A stretch of 64,000 bases of DNA from Phoronis australis (Eukaryota; Animalia; Phoronida). The position numbers and the translations under genes were made by a program. The notes beneath the pieces are model-generated. The model was given only the letters and a program-made list of their open reading frames with translations, had not been told where the DNA came from and ran no database searches. Position 1 is the first letter of the stretch, and every line of letters begins with the position of its first letter. This document shows positions 53,119 to 64,000 of this stretch, one piece after another. The stretch spans positions 520,850 to 584,849 of the forward strand of contig NMRA01000128.1 in the NCBI GenBank assembly GCA_002633005.1, in the 5' to 3' direction.

Positions 53119-53661
53119 CTTGCTCGAACTCCAAACAGTAACCTTGTCACTTAAGTGTTGTGAGAGAACTTCGACAATGTACGCCACGTCCTTATAAATC
53201 TACCCAAAATTTCAAATTTCCAGAGAAAACTTCTTGCGTGGCAAAAACCCTTTATAAAGCTTCCTTGGTCTGGGTTTTTTCGGGGATTTCCCAAGTTAAC
53301 AGCAGTACTAGCCAATAAGGGTGCGTGACTAGTCTTTTGTTGATGACCGCTAACCAATAGCAAACAATGACGTTTTTGTGATCTAATAGGCGGTGACTGG
53401 ATTTTCCGACGCTCGAATACTGGAATTTCCACTGGTTATTCACTGCTGTGGAAAACCCCGGTTGCTCAGCAGTTGTTTGCTACGCCGTTTCAAAGGAATA
53501 ATTGTGAATTATTGACATAGACTGTCGAACGAAAATTACCCTGAGTTACTGTTTTGATAAGTGAGCCCCAGTACAAGGCTCACTTAAAAATAGCTCACAC
53601 AGTTGGGAAAAACAACTGATCGCCTCGCCTTTTTACTTGGCTGTCCAGGCACGGGAGTCCC
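53119..53661 (-). promoter_or_regulatory. IkappaB non-coding first exon (donor at 53119/53118) and promoter with TATA, CCAAT boxes and clustered kappaB sites
   Basis: Donor aag|gtaatg on -; TATA-like tttataaa at 53251; GGGGATTTCCC at 53282-53292; ggattttcc about 53399; tggaatttcc 53421-53430; ggaaaacccc 53450-53459; gggagtccc about 53653; CCAAT near 53312 and 53354; intronic gggttttccc at 52724-52733. Confidence 0.75.
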
Positions 53662-54860
53662 TATATACATGAATACGTGTCGTTGTCACAGTTAAAGATA
53701 CATATGGTGGGTACGGGCATCACGTTATTCCCGTAATGTAATTTTTTCGAATAATGAGACACTACTAGCCGAGTCTAGTTGCCAGGGCAATAGTTCCCAT
53801 AGTGACCACCTTGCAATGTTGATTACTGTAAAGTTTTTGAGGGAATATATTAAATATGATCGGGGCTGAGTTGCATAAAGCTCCAAAAGATATCCGCTGG
53901 ATAAGTTTCATTTGATTGTTGTAATAGTATTGTGATTTGTACTGGAACTACCTTATATGTGCCTTATATGGCACAATTAGTAATTAGAATGGTTTATTAT
54001 ATAAGTCTTGCCAAACAGTTCTATGAAATGTGACTCATATGCATGTGGTCTTGTGTATTGCAAAAACATGTTGTTGTACAGTAGTTAGGCAGTCCGCAAT
54101 AAAGTAGTGTTCAAGTAAAGACGTCTTCTTCACTCCTCTCTCCACAAGCCATTACAATTGTTGCATGACGTCATATGTGCATTGTTCAACAAAAAATAAC
54201 AACGTGACGCGTGATAATGCGACGTCATTGTTGCTATACGGCGTATAACTTTTATGCAACTGGGCCCACTGAGGAGAACAAAATTAGCATGGTTGCACCT
54301 AATGCAACTTTGAGCATTTTTCGCAATTTCGACCCTCTTTGGTTTTTTCAACTTGATGACAAAGAGGGTAGCACATTGTTTATACCATTTTCTGTGATGA
54401 GGAGTCCATTTTTGGTGTTATTTTATTTATATGGGGTCATTTTCAAGGTAAAACCAGAGGTCAAAGGTCAAATCTGCCTCTGAGAATTAAGCCTTCTGAC
54501 GTTTAGTTTTTATCTCATTATTTTTCGTTTAAGTTCTTCGTTAACCTCTCAGTTAAAGATATATTTTCAAAATGCTCACTATTACATACATGTACTATAG
54601 TGGGCCAAACATTTTGGTCACAAGTTTCATGAGGGTTGTATTGGCACAATAGAGAAAGCATATGGCATGGAAATGCTCATACGCTCAGCAGTTTAGTGCT
54701 CGTGGTGCGAGTATGGTTAATTACTGCCCATTACTCCAAAAAACACTACTCCGAAAAACAAACACGTGAGCGACGCATCTGCCCAACTATAGTATGTATA
54801 CATTCTACGTTTGATTTTAAATAACACCTTTTCCACTGCGAGAGACTGGTTGTCACACAG

Positions 54861-57542
54861 CAGTGGCGGATGTACGTTTCCAGTAAGGGGGGGGAGGTTA
54901 GGATTCCCGCAAAGGTCGAATCCGAGACGCGTGACGCCGAGCGTGGGGGGAGGTCGGGAGGTAATCCCCCCTCCCGTGTAAGACAACTTTTTGTGTTTGT
55001 AGCCAAACAATGAAATTTCCATGCATCCTGGTACGTTTATGGCAATTAACATGTCCCTGGAGTCTTTCTTAAGATAATTAAAAACCCTTCTCGATTTCGT
55101 CACCTGATCTTAATTTTGGCTCATAAGTTTCGTGAAACAATATTTGTGCACATCTGGGTATGAGTCACACCACCAGCAATTTTTTTTTTGTTGGAACATC
55201 TGCTTACACACACCTTTTTTAGCATACGAAAAAGTGTGGTGCGTGTACAGGGGTTTAGACAACTACCAATTCAAGAGCATAAGGAGCACCGACGGGGCGT
55301 AAAAACTTGAATATCAGATGATCGCAACAGCCTCAAGCTGTTTAAGAACGAAGACCTGTATTGTTAGTCCGGAAATAAACATGTGTTCTGTCCCGTTACG
55401 AGAAAAACTGGCGAACGACGGTGCTCTCAATTCATAGTCTGTTATTAAAAGCGACAATAAGTGTCACTTTATTAAGCTGAATCCCGTTGACAACAATTGA
55501 TAAACGTCAAATGTATCAGGAAACAAGTCATCTGAAAACAGTTTCACGAAATCAAAACATTCTTTACACCGCGGTGAAAAGATATACAGGAGCAGTTCGC
55601 AGAGGGACAACATGTACACTGACAGTACGCAAAAACTCTGGCCTGGTCCGTCACGAGACCAAAAGTACACCTGTGCTTATTATCTCTATAAAAATAGTCG
55701 ATGTGTCCCGGGACCAAACAGTACTGGCTGAGATAAATAGTTTTACAAAGCACACTTTGGTAAAAAACATCACAAGTCTTGGTTCGCCGAGGTATCAGAA
55801 GTACACTGAAACTCGATATCTACACAAACAAGCTGGCCTGGTCCGTCGCGAGACCTAAAGCATACTTTTCAAAAAATTTTGAATTGAGATCTTCTCTCTA
55901 GACTCATTTTAATCCCCGGTGGTTGCTCATATGTGTAGTTTACACATCTGGTGGTCAACTGCTGTGAGGAGTTGGTCTAGGAAAGGTTTTCGCACCGTTC
56001 TGTAGTATACTCACTGGAAGAAACAAGTATTGAGTGCAGATTTAACTACGAACTACGTGAAATAGATTTTGGATATGAAGCAGATAGACTCAAGTAGAAA
56101 TACAAACTAGTATCAGTTTCTGTGCGCTCGTAGACCCTCTGCTGTACTGGGCAAATTTGGCATGTCCAAAAATAATTTCTATTTCGTTTTCATTGTACAC
56201 AACCATAAAAAAACGACATTATTTCAAACTGTGAAGAATTATAACTTATTACCTGGGTGTTTCTCCAGAAACGTTGGTCCTATCTTTCTGTTGTCTAGAC
56301 TGCCGAGGAATCTGTACATCGGATCCAATGGTTTGCTCCTCTTGGAACCATTCTACCCAGACATCTTCCACCTTTGTTCCCAACACTTGCACTTCGTCAA
56401 CTGCTGTGTCAATGAGCTTGTACGCCTCTACAATGTCAGCATCTCGTTTCGCAGCTCAGTTGGCACTAAGCACCCTGAGGTTACCAAGTCCATTCAAAAG
56501 ATTTACAGCATGCGCAACTAAATTTGATCTGTTCATCATGGACTACTTCAAACCTTGACGATGTATCCCAGGACCCATTTGCATCTCTTGCAATTTTCGA
56601 AATAAACGTCCCAATATCTGAACGCTTGAAACCCGAAGTACTAACATCAAATAAATGCCCGTGGGCATGGGCGTTTCGTCGGGTGGGCCTTTAAGAGAAA
56701 ATTCCCAGTGTAGAAAACGGCAGTGGTGCTTATTGCAGGTAGGTGTTGAGGTCGGCACTAGGGCTCCTTAGGAGGCCTATTGAACATCGCACGAGTCCCG
56801 CAAGACTTTGTTGTGAAAGAACAGCCTTCCCACAATTTCTGGTACTGTACACTGTTTGCAAATGCGGTCACTTTGTCAATGCGAGTCCCCCCTTGGTCAT
56901 TCCTTGTATAGGCATAACTTGTTAGAATGTATCTTCAAACGGACTCGCGACCAGACCACAGCGCCCGCCACAATAGCAATTCTTCGGAATTGTTTTTTTC
57001 AAAAATATTACATGTACATGTACACTGTATGGTATTGCGCAAGACAACTTTACTATACATCAGTTACAAACGTGTGGAGTGTAATCATAGAATGACACGG
57101 CATGACAGATGAGGTAAAAACGTTGCACGTCAATTCGCCTGAATATCAAGATTGCGGCACCACAGTGTTTCCCCTAATCGAATCATAACATATCTCAGAG
57201 AGTAAAGAAGCTAGTTACCTTAAGAAATCAGCTGTAGAACTGCTCTTTCAGCGGTGGATCCATCTAAAATGCTTGGCTACTTCAGAAGTGTCGACGGAAG
57301 CGCCCGCACAATTGATCTCCGCGCGTTTTGCCGATGAGCCACGAAGACTCAGCAATTCACAATGCAAAAATTATATTTTCAGAATGAACCCCCTCAATTT
57401 TTTTCCAAGTTGGTTTACTTGAGGTTTACACACGCTAGCGGTGCCGTTTTTGTTTCGCTGGAGATGTTTTTGTTTTTTATTTTTGGATCCTGGTCCAAGG
57501 TGGGGTTTAAACCCCATGAACCCCCCTGTAGATCTGCCTCTG
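54861..57542 (-). mobile_element. Decayed 2.7-kb hAT-type DNA transposon with 5-bp TSD (cacag); hAT5-like
   Basis: cacag|cagtggcggatgta ... tagatctgcctctg|cacag; internal transposase relic on the minus strand at about 56250-56600. Confidence 0.75.
56250..56600 (-). pseudogene. hAT transposase relic (PRKRIR/THAP12/ZMYM1-like region)
   Basis: Manual translation: LRVLSAN*AAKRDADIVEAYKLIDTAVDEVQVLGTKVEDVWVEWFQEEQTIGSDVQIPRQSRQQKDRTNVSGETPR*, resembling the LQ..D+..A..+I.....PR...RQ..R.N....TP segment of this transposase family; contains an in-frame stop. Confidence 0.7.
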
Positions 57543-58878
57543 CACAGGCGTGAAGATTGTATTGCGAACATTTGCTAAGGTGTCGGGTTTATTTATTATG
57601 CTATAGATACACTGTACCATATATCATTCTTCCAACGTATGTACAACGTAAATTACATTCTTATATTTCTATGGCATATTTGCATTTTATTGTATTGTAT
57701 TGTTGTACACTACTTGGGTCTTCAATGAAGCTGCTTTTGCCTTTGAGGATCTCCGGCTTACACATGTGAATATATGGAAAATGTATGTATGTTTGCATGT
57801 ATGTATGTGTGTGTGTTTTTTATGTATGCATGAATGTATGTATGTAACTCCGTTTTTTATTGTTATTGTATTTTTACTAACTAATGTTATGTAAGTCAAT
57901 CAAGGTATTTTTCCTCCTTCCCTCCCTCTCTCGAGCTCCCTCTCTTCAACACATTTCTTAATAAAACTAACGATACACAGCCTCGTGTGCACCATAAGCT
58001 GGAGTTTTTTACACACTAGTGCAATGATTAAAATAATGTCAGTCGAAATATTAGATGCAAATAATGCCGCAACCCATGAACAGGTTTGCTGCAAAATTCC
58101 TCAAATAAGAAAAACAAAGCAGCGAAAGTCTGTAAATAGTAGACTACTGTCCTAACTAAAACCTTATTTTGTTTTTCAATGATCGTCTTGATATGTGTTA
58201 GAAGCAGTGATTGCCAAAAGTGAAAATACACACCGAATAAACATCCGTGACGTTTCAGTCACTTTTGATTTTGACGCAATAATTACGTCCAATGCAAATT
58301 TGCCGTTGCCAAGAAACAATTGTTTACCTAAATCAACTGATGCACAAATGAAAAGTCGTAAAATACATGCAGCCAAAGTTATGGAGCAATCTATTTGTAA
58401 GTACATGTAATCTTTGCGTGTGTTGTAAAGCTCTCACGACCGATAAAACTAGGGATTTGACTAACTATTGAACTCTTATAATACTACTTATCGTTAAAAG
58501 ACTGATCTAAGTTCGTACATTCAATATACCAGGTTAGAAGTGACTGATCGGCTTGGGCATGCATGCTGTGCCACAAATGCCACAGAAGTCTTAACAGGTC
58601 TCGCTGTTACGTTTTTGGTGAATGTGATGCGTCTTGTACGTAAAAGTGCACACGAAGGGTTCTGCTATGGGCATAAATGTTACCCGAGTGTTTACAGTCG
58701 TAATGATATGAAGAACAGAACAGGGATTAGTTTATGTAGAGTAGCATTATCATACCTTGCCATAGTCCCGTTACAACATTCAGGACACATGGGAATCAGT
58801 TACTGGACAATCTTTGTCTCCTTGCTCTAATGTAATAAACATATTTGAATAAGTTTTCTAACAAGCGATGCTGCCTTA

Positions 58879-58980
58879 CAGGGGCGGATCCAGAATTTTG
58901 AGTTAGGGTGGGGGCCAGGACAGAATATTAGCCAGGATTTTGCCCGTCAGACATTCGGACCCCGTACTGCCAAATGGGGG
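58879..58980. mobile_element. Truncated copy (left end only) of the MITE at 61413-61569
   Basis: caggggcggatccagaattttgagttaggg...ggattttgcccgt.agacattc...ctgccaaatgg is shared with the 61413 copy. Confidence 0.75.
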
Positions 58981-60787
58981 CCATAGGCAATCAACAGAAC
59001 ATTCACATAGCATTCTTTTAGTTGTTGAAAACAAACTAATGAAATTAGGTAAAATCGTTTAGAAGTGAAACTAGCCGGGTACCAAGCCACGCGTTGTAGG
59101 CCTACTATGTAGCTCTGTCGATTTCATGTGCGACAGAAAGTTCCGACCTGGTTCTTTTTTCACCAGTAGAAATACTTCAATTAGCTGCTAAATGCAGCAT
59201 ATTTTTCTTAAAGACTCTATAAACCATGTTTTGGTGTCAAGAACAACTTTGCCCCAATTTTCCGCTATGATAGGCTATTGTAATGAGCCTGCTCTGAAGT
59301 TTCAAGACTAAAAAATCATTCAACTTAGAAAGAAAGATGACACCTATTTTAGAACGGTTAGTGGTCCAGTTGTTTTTTGTCAGAAGGAGTATGTTTATTG
59401 CACCTTTTAATAGTTGAAATGTCGCTAGTCTTGGGGTCCGTTTCGTGAAACTTTTTTGTCTAACGTAAACCAAAATGCAAGCACATATTGTTTCAGAGCT
59501 CAAGAGTGCGTCCAGTGACAAGATGAGTACAACGCATTCGTCGTTACCGAGACGCGAGTCGAAGTCACCAGAAAAATGGAGTGGTAGAGGATTGCCAAAA
59601 ACGAAGTACCACTAGTAGAAATGCTAGATACAGCCTTGATTCAAATGACCAATTAGCACCAAACATTTGGCATAATTAGACTGTTGTCTGGTGCTGAAAC
59701 CTTTTATTTATTTTTAGAAAAATTACAATAAACGTTGCAGTGCTAAGATATCGTACTGCGGTGATAAAAACGACAATGTCCTTTAAGAAATGAGGCACAC
59801 TGTCTGATTAGAAAAGTCGGATAGCAATCTGTTTAGCAGTAAAACGAAAAATGAAGACATTTTATGCAAAATTCCTGAAGCTCATGTACAGGAACGGTGA
59901 TTCTACTGTAAATGCTAGCATGAATATTCATGAAAATGACTGAAAACGATATTTGAGTACTTCCTCAATCATTTATGAACATTGACAAAAATATCGCGAA
60001 AATGTAATTTTCATGATTTTTATATTATGGTCACCCATAAAGGGTCTTGCCAATTGCTTCACGCTGAAAACGTAACAAGAAAATCGTTTCTTTTGTTAAC
60101 GGAAAAAAATAACAAAGTTGTAAGTGGAAACGAAGATCGCTTGGATTATGACTGCTTCAAAACATATAAACTTATCTGATTTCACTCGAAGTGATGATCC
60201 TCAACAGACACGCATTTCGCGGCTAGGCATCGCGTTTGAATCATTGTGTTCTCTCCACTCCGCGTACTCCTTAGAGCACTAGATTCGTCTTAACTTAACG
60301 ATGAAGAATATTTTTGGTGCTTGAATATATGGCTATGCTTGAGCAAAATCGTGTGGGCGGTTTGTGTGTCAACTGACCAGGTACTGAGGTACTGAATGTT
60401 TGTTGTTCTCCAGAAAATTGTACTTCAACCATGTTGGTGCCCAAAAGGATGCCATCAAACGATTTTAGTTCATTTACATAATAAAAGTTAGGTTTACACT
60501 CTTGCATGATATTTGCCATAGCTTATTTAGAATGCAGACACCGACTTTGACCATCTTTGCACAGAGTAGCAACTACTTCATTGATCGCGCTCTTCTGAAC
60601 CGAAAAAGTGAGCAAACCCACTTTTGATGTATACACCTTCCAAAGTCCAAAGAAGTGACACCTTTATATATATTTATATTCATATTTTTTTAGAATTTGT
60701 GTACAAGATAAACACGGCAGTAGTCGGGTATTACGTGCCAATATCTTGAGAACCAGTTTGATTTCCGTTATTCAATGGAGAAAACCT

Positions 60788-60941
60788 GCCTCTCGTTCAG
60801 TAACGCTAGGACCTCGCTAAAAAGCAAGACTTCGCGAGATTACGTGAGATATTGCCGTGCATTTTAAATGAGAACACGTGATTTTGACTAGGTTTTAGCT
60901 AGGTCCTAGCGTAGGTCCTAGCGTCTACTGAACGCACGCCT
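60788..60941. mobile_element. Small MITE-like inverted repeat element
   Basis: cgttcagtaacgctaggacct ... aggtcctagcgtctactgaacg. Confidence 0.55.
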
Positions 60942-61051
60942 GTTCTCAAAATGCGGGCACGTTATATCGGACCATACCCAGGCTGTTTTTTCTTTTGAGA
61001 CAGCCGCTATACTCTAGAGAGACCTTCCTGCAAGTTACACGTTTATTTCAG

Positions 61052-62201
61052 GGAATCTTTTGCTGGGTCTACCTCAATTTGCGCAAGCACGTTATACGAG
61101 GAGGCTACCATTACCGCCTACTCCGGAAGTAACAGTGAAGACAAAGAGGAAGAAAGAGATGAACACGTGAAACTAGAAGACCAAATCACCAACGAAAGGT
61201 TGTAATTTCTGACAGTGTTTACAAGTTATATCGTCATGACTTTTTTAAAATGTACATTTTCTCTTCATTCGCCACCCGAATCACAAGTTTCCCTAAAAGT
61301 AGCTTGGAAACTGAGGCTTTCCAACATTTAGTTGAAATTTGCCCTGCTTATCCGCATGTTCTGCTCAGGATCACAAAACTTATCTGCTAAAATTGCCAGG
61401 TAGTACACGTTCCAGGGGCGGATCCAGGATTTTGAGTTAGGGGGGCCAGGGCAAAGTATTAGGCAGGATTTTGCCCGTGAGACATTCAAACCCCCGAACT
61501 GCCAAATGGAATCTGAGAGAATTTTAGGGGGGGCATGGCCCCCTTGGCCCCCCTCTAAATCCGCCAGTGCGTTCAATAGTCTTTCTCGTTTCCTAAATAA
61601 AATGGACAGAATAGAAAACTTTACTGTACTCACGAGGAACTCGATGTTGAGGGACCCTCTTCAGTCTTAATCAGGTGATTAGTGCAATGGGCCCAACTGT
61701 GTGGCCTAAGTATGCCATGTGTACTGTAGAAATTGAATAACAGGCTACCTGCCTATTTTTGTGGTTTTCATACCATCGCCAATAACAACACTGTATTTAA
61801 TTGGGTACGACAAAACAAATCATACGAAGGTATCGGAATTTATATTTTCACAATGTGAAAAATATATTCAAATGAATTTTGCTATCGAGAAAATCACTGA
61901 TTATGAGGGAAGCGTATACTCCAGAGAACCTGGACTGTGAAGTGTCAACTTGGTTTCGAATGTTGTGCGACAAGTGGCCTTTTTGGGCGCTGTCGTACGT
62001 CTTTACCTCCACGGCCTTTTTGCGGTGAGGAAATTAAAAACGTCAGTTTCATGTCATGTCAACAGGCTGGTGAGATTACAAAAGATCTTCCAAGAGGCAG
62101 GACAAGGTGAAGGATTGACAATGGGTCAGTTCGCGGATGCCATGAAGAGAAGTATGGGTGTTGGGATCAGTGATCAAGAGCTGCAGCATCTGTTCATGAA
62201 G
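61052..62201 (+). CDS. 5' exons of an EF-hand protein resembling the WDR49/WDY/EFCAB8 N-terminus (partial; probably continues beyond the window)
   Basis: Exon 61052-61198 (...EEERDEHVKLEDQITNE) splices in phase 2 to exon 62066-62201 (RLVRLQKIFQEAGQGEGLTMGQFADAMKRSMGVGISDQELQHLFMK|gtagg), which ends just before the expected EF-hand loop. The start exon is uncertain (ATG at 59523 is a candidate). Confidence 0.6.
61413..61569. mobile_element. 157-bp MITE with CAGGGGCGGAT terminus and 5-bp TSD (cgttc)
   Basis: cgttc|caggggcggatcca ... taaatccgccagtg|cgttc; lies in an intron of the EF-hand gene. Confidence 0.8.
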
Positions 62202-64000
62202 GTAGGGTTAATTGTATCTGTCGATAGGCATGTAGAACGGCAGGCTTTTAAATAGCAACGTGTCATGATGACTAATCGCGTGGGACCGGATGCCGGTGGC
62301 CTCTGTTTTATAACATTGTTTAAAACGCCTCATGCCTAATCACATACACTGTAAAAGGATCTTCACTGTGCCACCAGCTGCGAAGACGAAGTAACTACTG
62401 GTACAGCTTGGTGGCGATATGAGATACCCGTGACCGGTCCCACGTGACCAGTCCTATTGCTTCCTGAAGGTCTCCCATTGCCTGGCAGGGCGGAATGAAC
62501 ATAGAGTGACTTGAACAGATGACACAGTAGACAGCACCGTATTTATTGTTTTCAGTTAAAATGGCTTTAGAGTATTTCTCATATCCCGGATTCTACTCTC
62601 CTTTGTTGCGGAGGTAGAAAACAGTCTGTATGACTTACCTAGTTTCCGATGAATGATACACTTAGGGGCCAAGTTAAAACGATACTGATCCTGTTTTTGT
62701 GATTTCAACCAGTCCTCCGAATCGTTCTGTTCCCTGCCACTCATCATTGGCGTCTCATCTGAGTGATAGTGAGGATAGAATTACAAGCGAACTCACTGTC
62801 ACGGAATGGATATTATGCTTCTTGGTAGGTGATCATTCCCTACAAATGTTATTTTCCTGAAGCGATTTTGCGTCTAGAAAGAAGCCCACAGAGACGTATT
62901 TCAGAGAAAAAACTGATCTTTCTGAAACTCGAATTACTCACCACAGCACCGTCATCGAGCTGCGAACTTTATAAGGTCTGTGATTATATTTTGACTTCGA
63001 TTGTCTTGAAATGCCAACCAGGTTTCACTTCAGCGACACTTTGTCAACTATAAGAGTAGTACGGTGACTTATCTGTTGACAGGTCATCGATAATGTTGGG
63101 TCCTTTAAAAGCCCAAGATCGAGAAAATAATGACATATTATCCATATCTTTGTTCATTACCAGAAATGAAAGACGATTCCAAAGGAGCTGCTCATGAGGG
63201 CTTTGTCAATTCTTATTATGAAAGAGATCACATGAGAGCTTTATGTTAGTGGGACTTTTTAGAAATCCCAGGTAGGCCATAATCGGGTTTAGTGTCCCTT
63301 TAAATGAACGATTTATCGCGGCTCACTCAGTTTTTCAAAAACTCTGATATTTGCATGGCAACTCAATATCCAACCGTAAAACTGGTTTGGCTATTCATTC
63401 ACGAATGACAAAATTTAAAAAATAATGTAACATAGTACTTACACGGCAGCAGGAATTGTGGGGCAAGTGATTAGCACTGCAGGTAAATAACGGCAGAACT
63501 CGAGAGCTCGATGATGCCTGCGTCATTCCGGAAGTGTCCAGTTAGGCGAACTGGATCACGATCTATTCTCCTATACACCTTATAATCTTAAAGTTTAAAA
63601 CATTTCGTCCTTTTTAATGTTTGATTCAAGGTCAACATATAACCATGTACAAAGTTGTCTAAAAAAATGAGAAACGCCAGATGTAACAATTTCTGCGCTT
63701 TCTTGCCCGACATTATTTATCGTCAATGCGTTTTTATAGATGTATGGATTTGAGGAACTGGTCAAATATATCAGTTTGTGCCTTGGTTTATCATAGGTAG
63801 CTAAGAAGGTTCTGTCTTAGATTTCTATTGCCGTAGAGTTCATTCAATATTTCCAACTAACAGCCCTAAGAAATCAACGAATTCACTTCAGTTGTTACTC
63901 AGTCTTTTAAATCAATATAAATTCATAAATCATGCTTGATGATAATCGTTACGTGATTGAGTAAGCCTACGGAATCCTGTGGAAATTTACGTTGTTTGCT

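Noticed and set aside
56162-56558. Plus-strand 119-aa and 94-aa ORFs
   Set aside because: Antisense shadows of the minus-strand transposase relic.

Overview
AT-rich, intron-containing animal (probably invertebrate) genomic DNA; most short ORFs in the track are noise. By reading splice sites by hand I can build four complete spliced genes and one partial gene. (1) A STAND/NLR-like NB-ARC-TPR gene (+, about 717 aa) with no recognisable N-terminal effector domain. (2) A PH-domain, evectin/PLEKHB-like gene (-, 7 coding exons, about 435 aa) with an MGCxxS lipidation N-terminus, a Pro/Gln-rich middle and a long (GGGYDD)n tail. (3) Glucosidase II alpha, GANAB (+, 22 coding exons, about 944 aa), head-to-head with gene 2. 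(4) An IkappaB/cactus gene (-, about 366 aa) with two DSGxxS degrons and a kappaB-rich promoter. (5) 5' exons of an EF-hand protein resembling the WDR49/WDY/EFCAB8 N-terminus. Mobile DNA includes a decayed 2.7-kb hAT-type element and several MITEs with 5-bp target-site duplications, a tRNA-derived SINE whose empty and filled alleles sit side by side at an assembly gap, a CR1/L2-type RT relic and several foldback elements. All family assignments rest on motif recognition by eye; no database searches were run.
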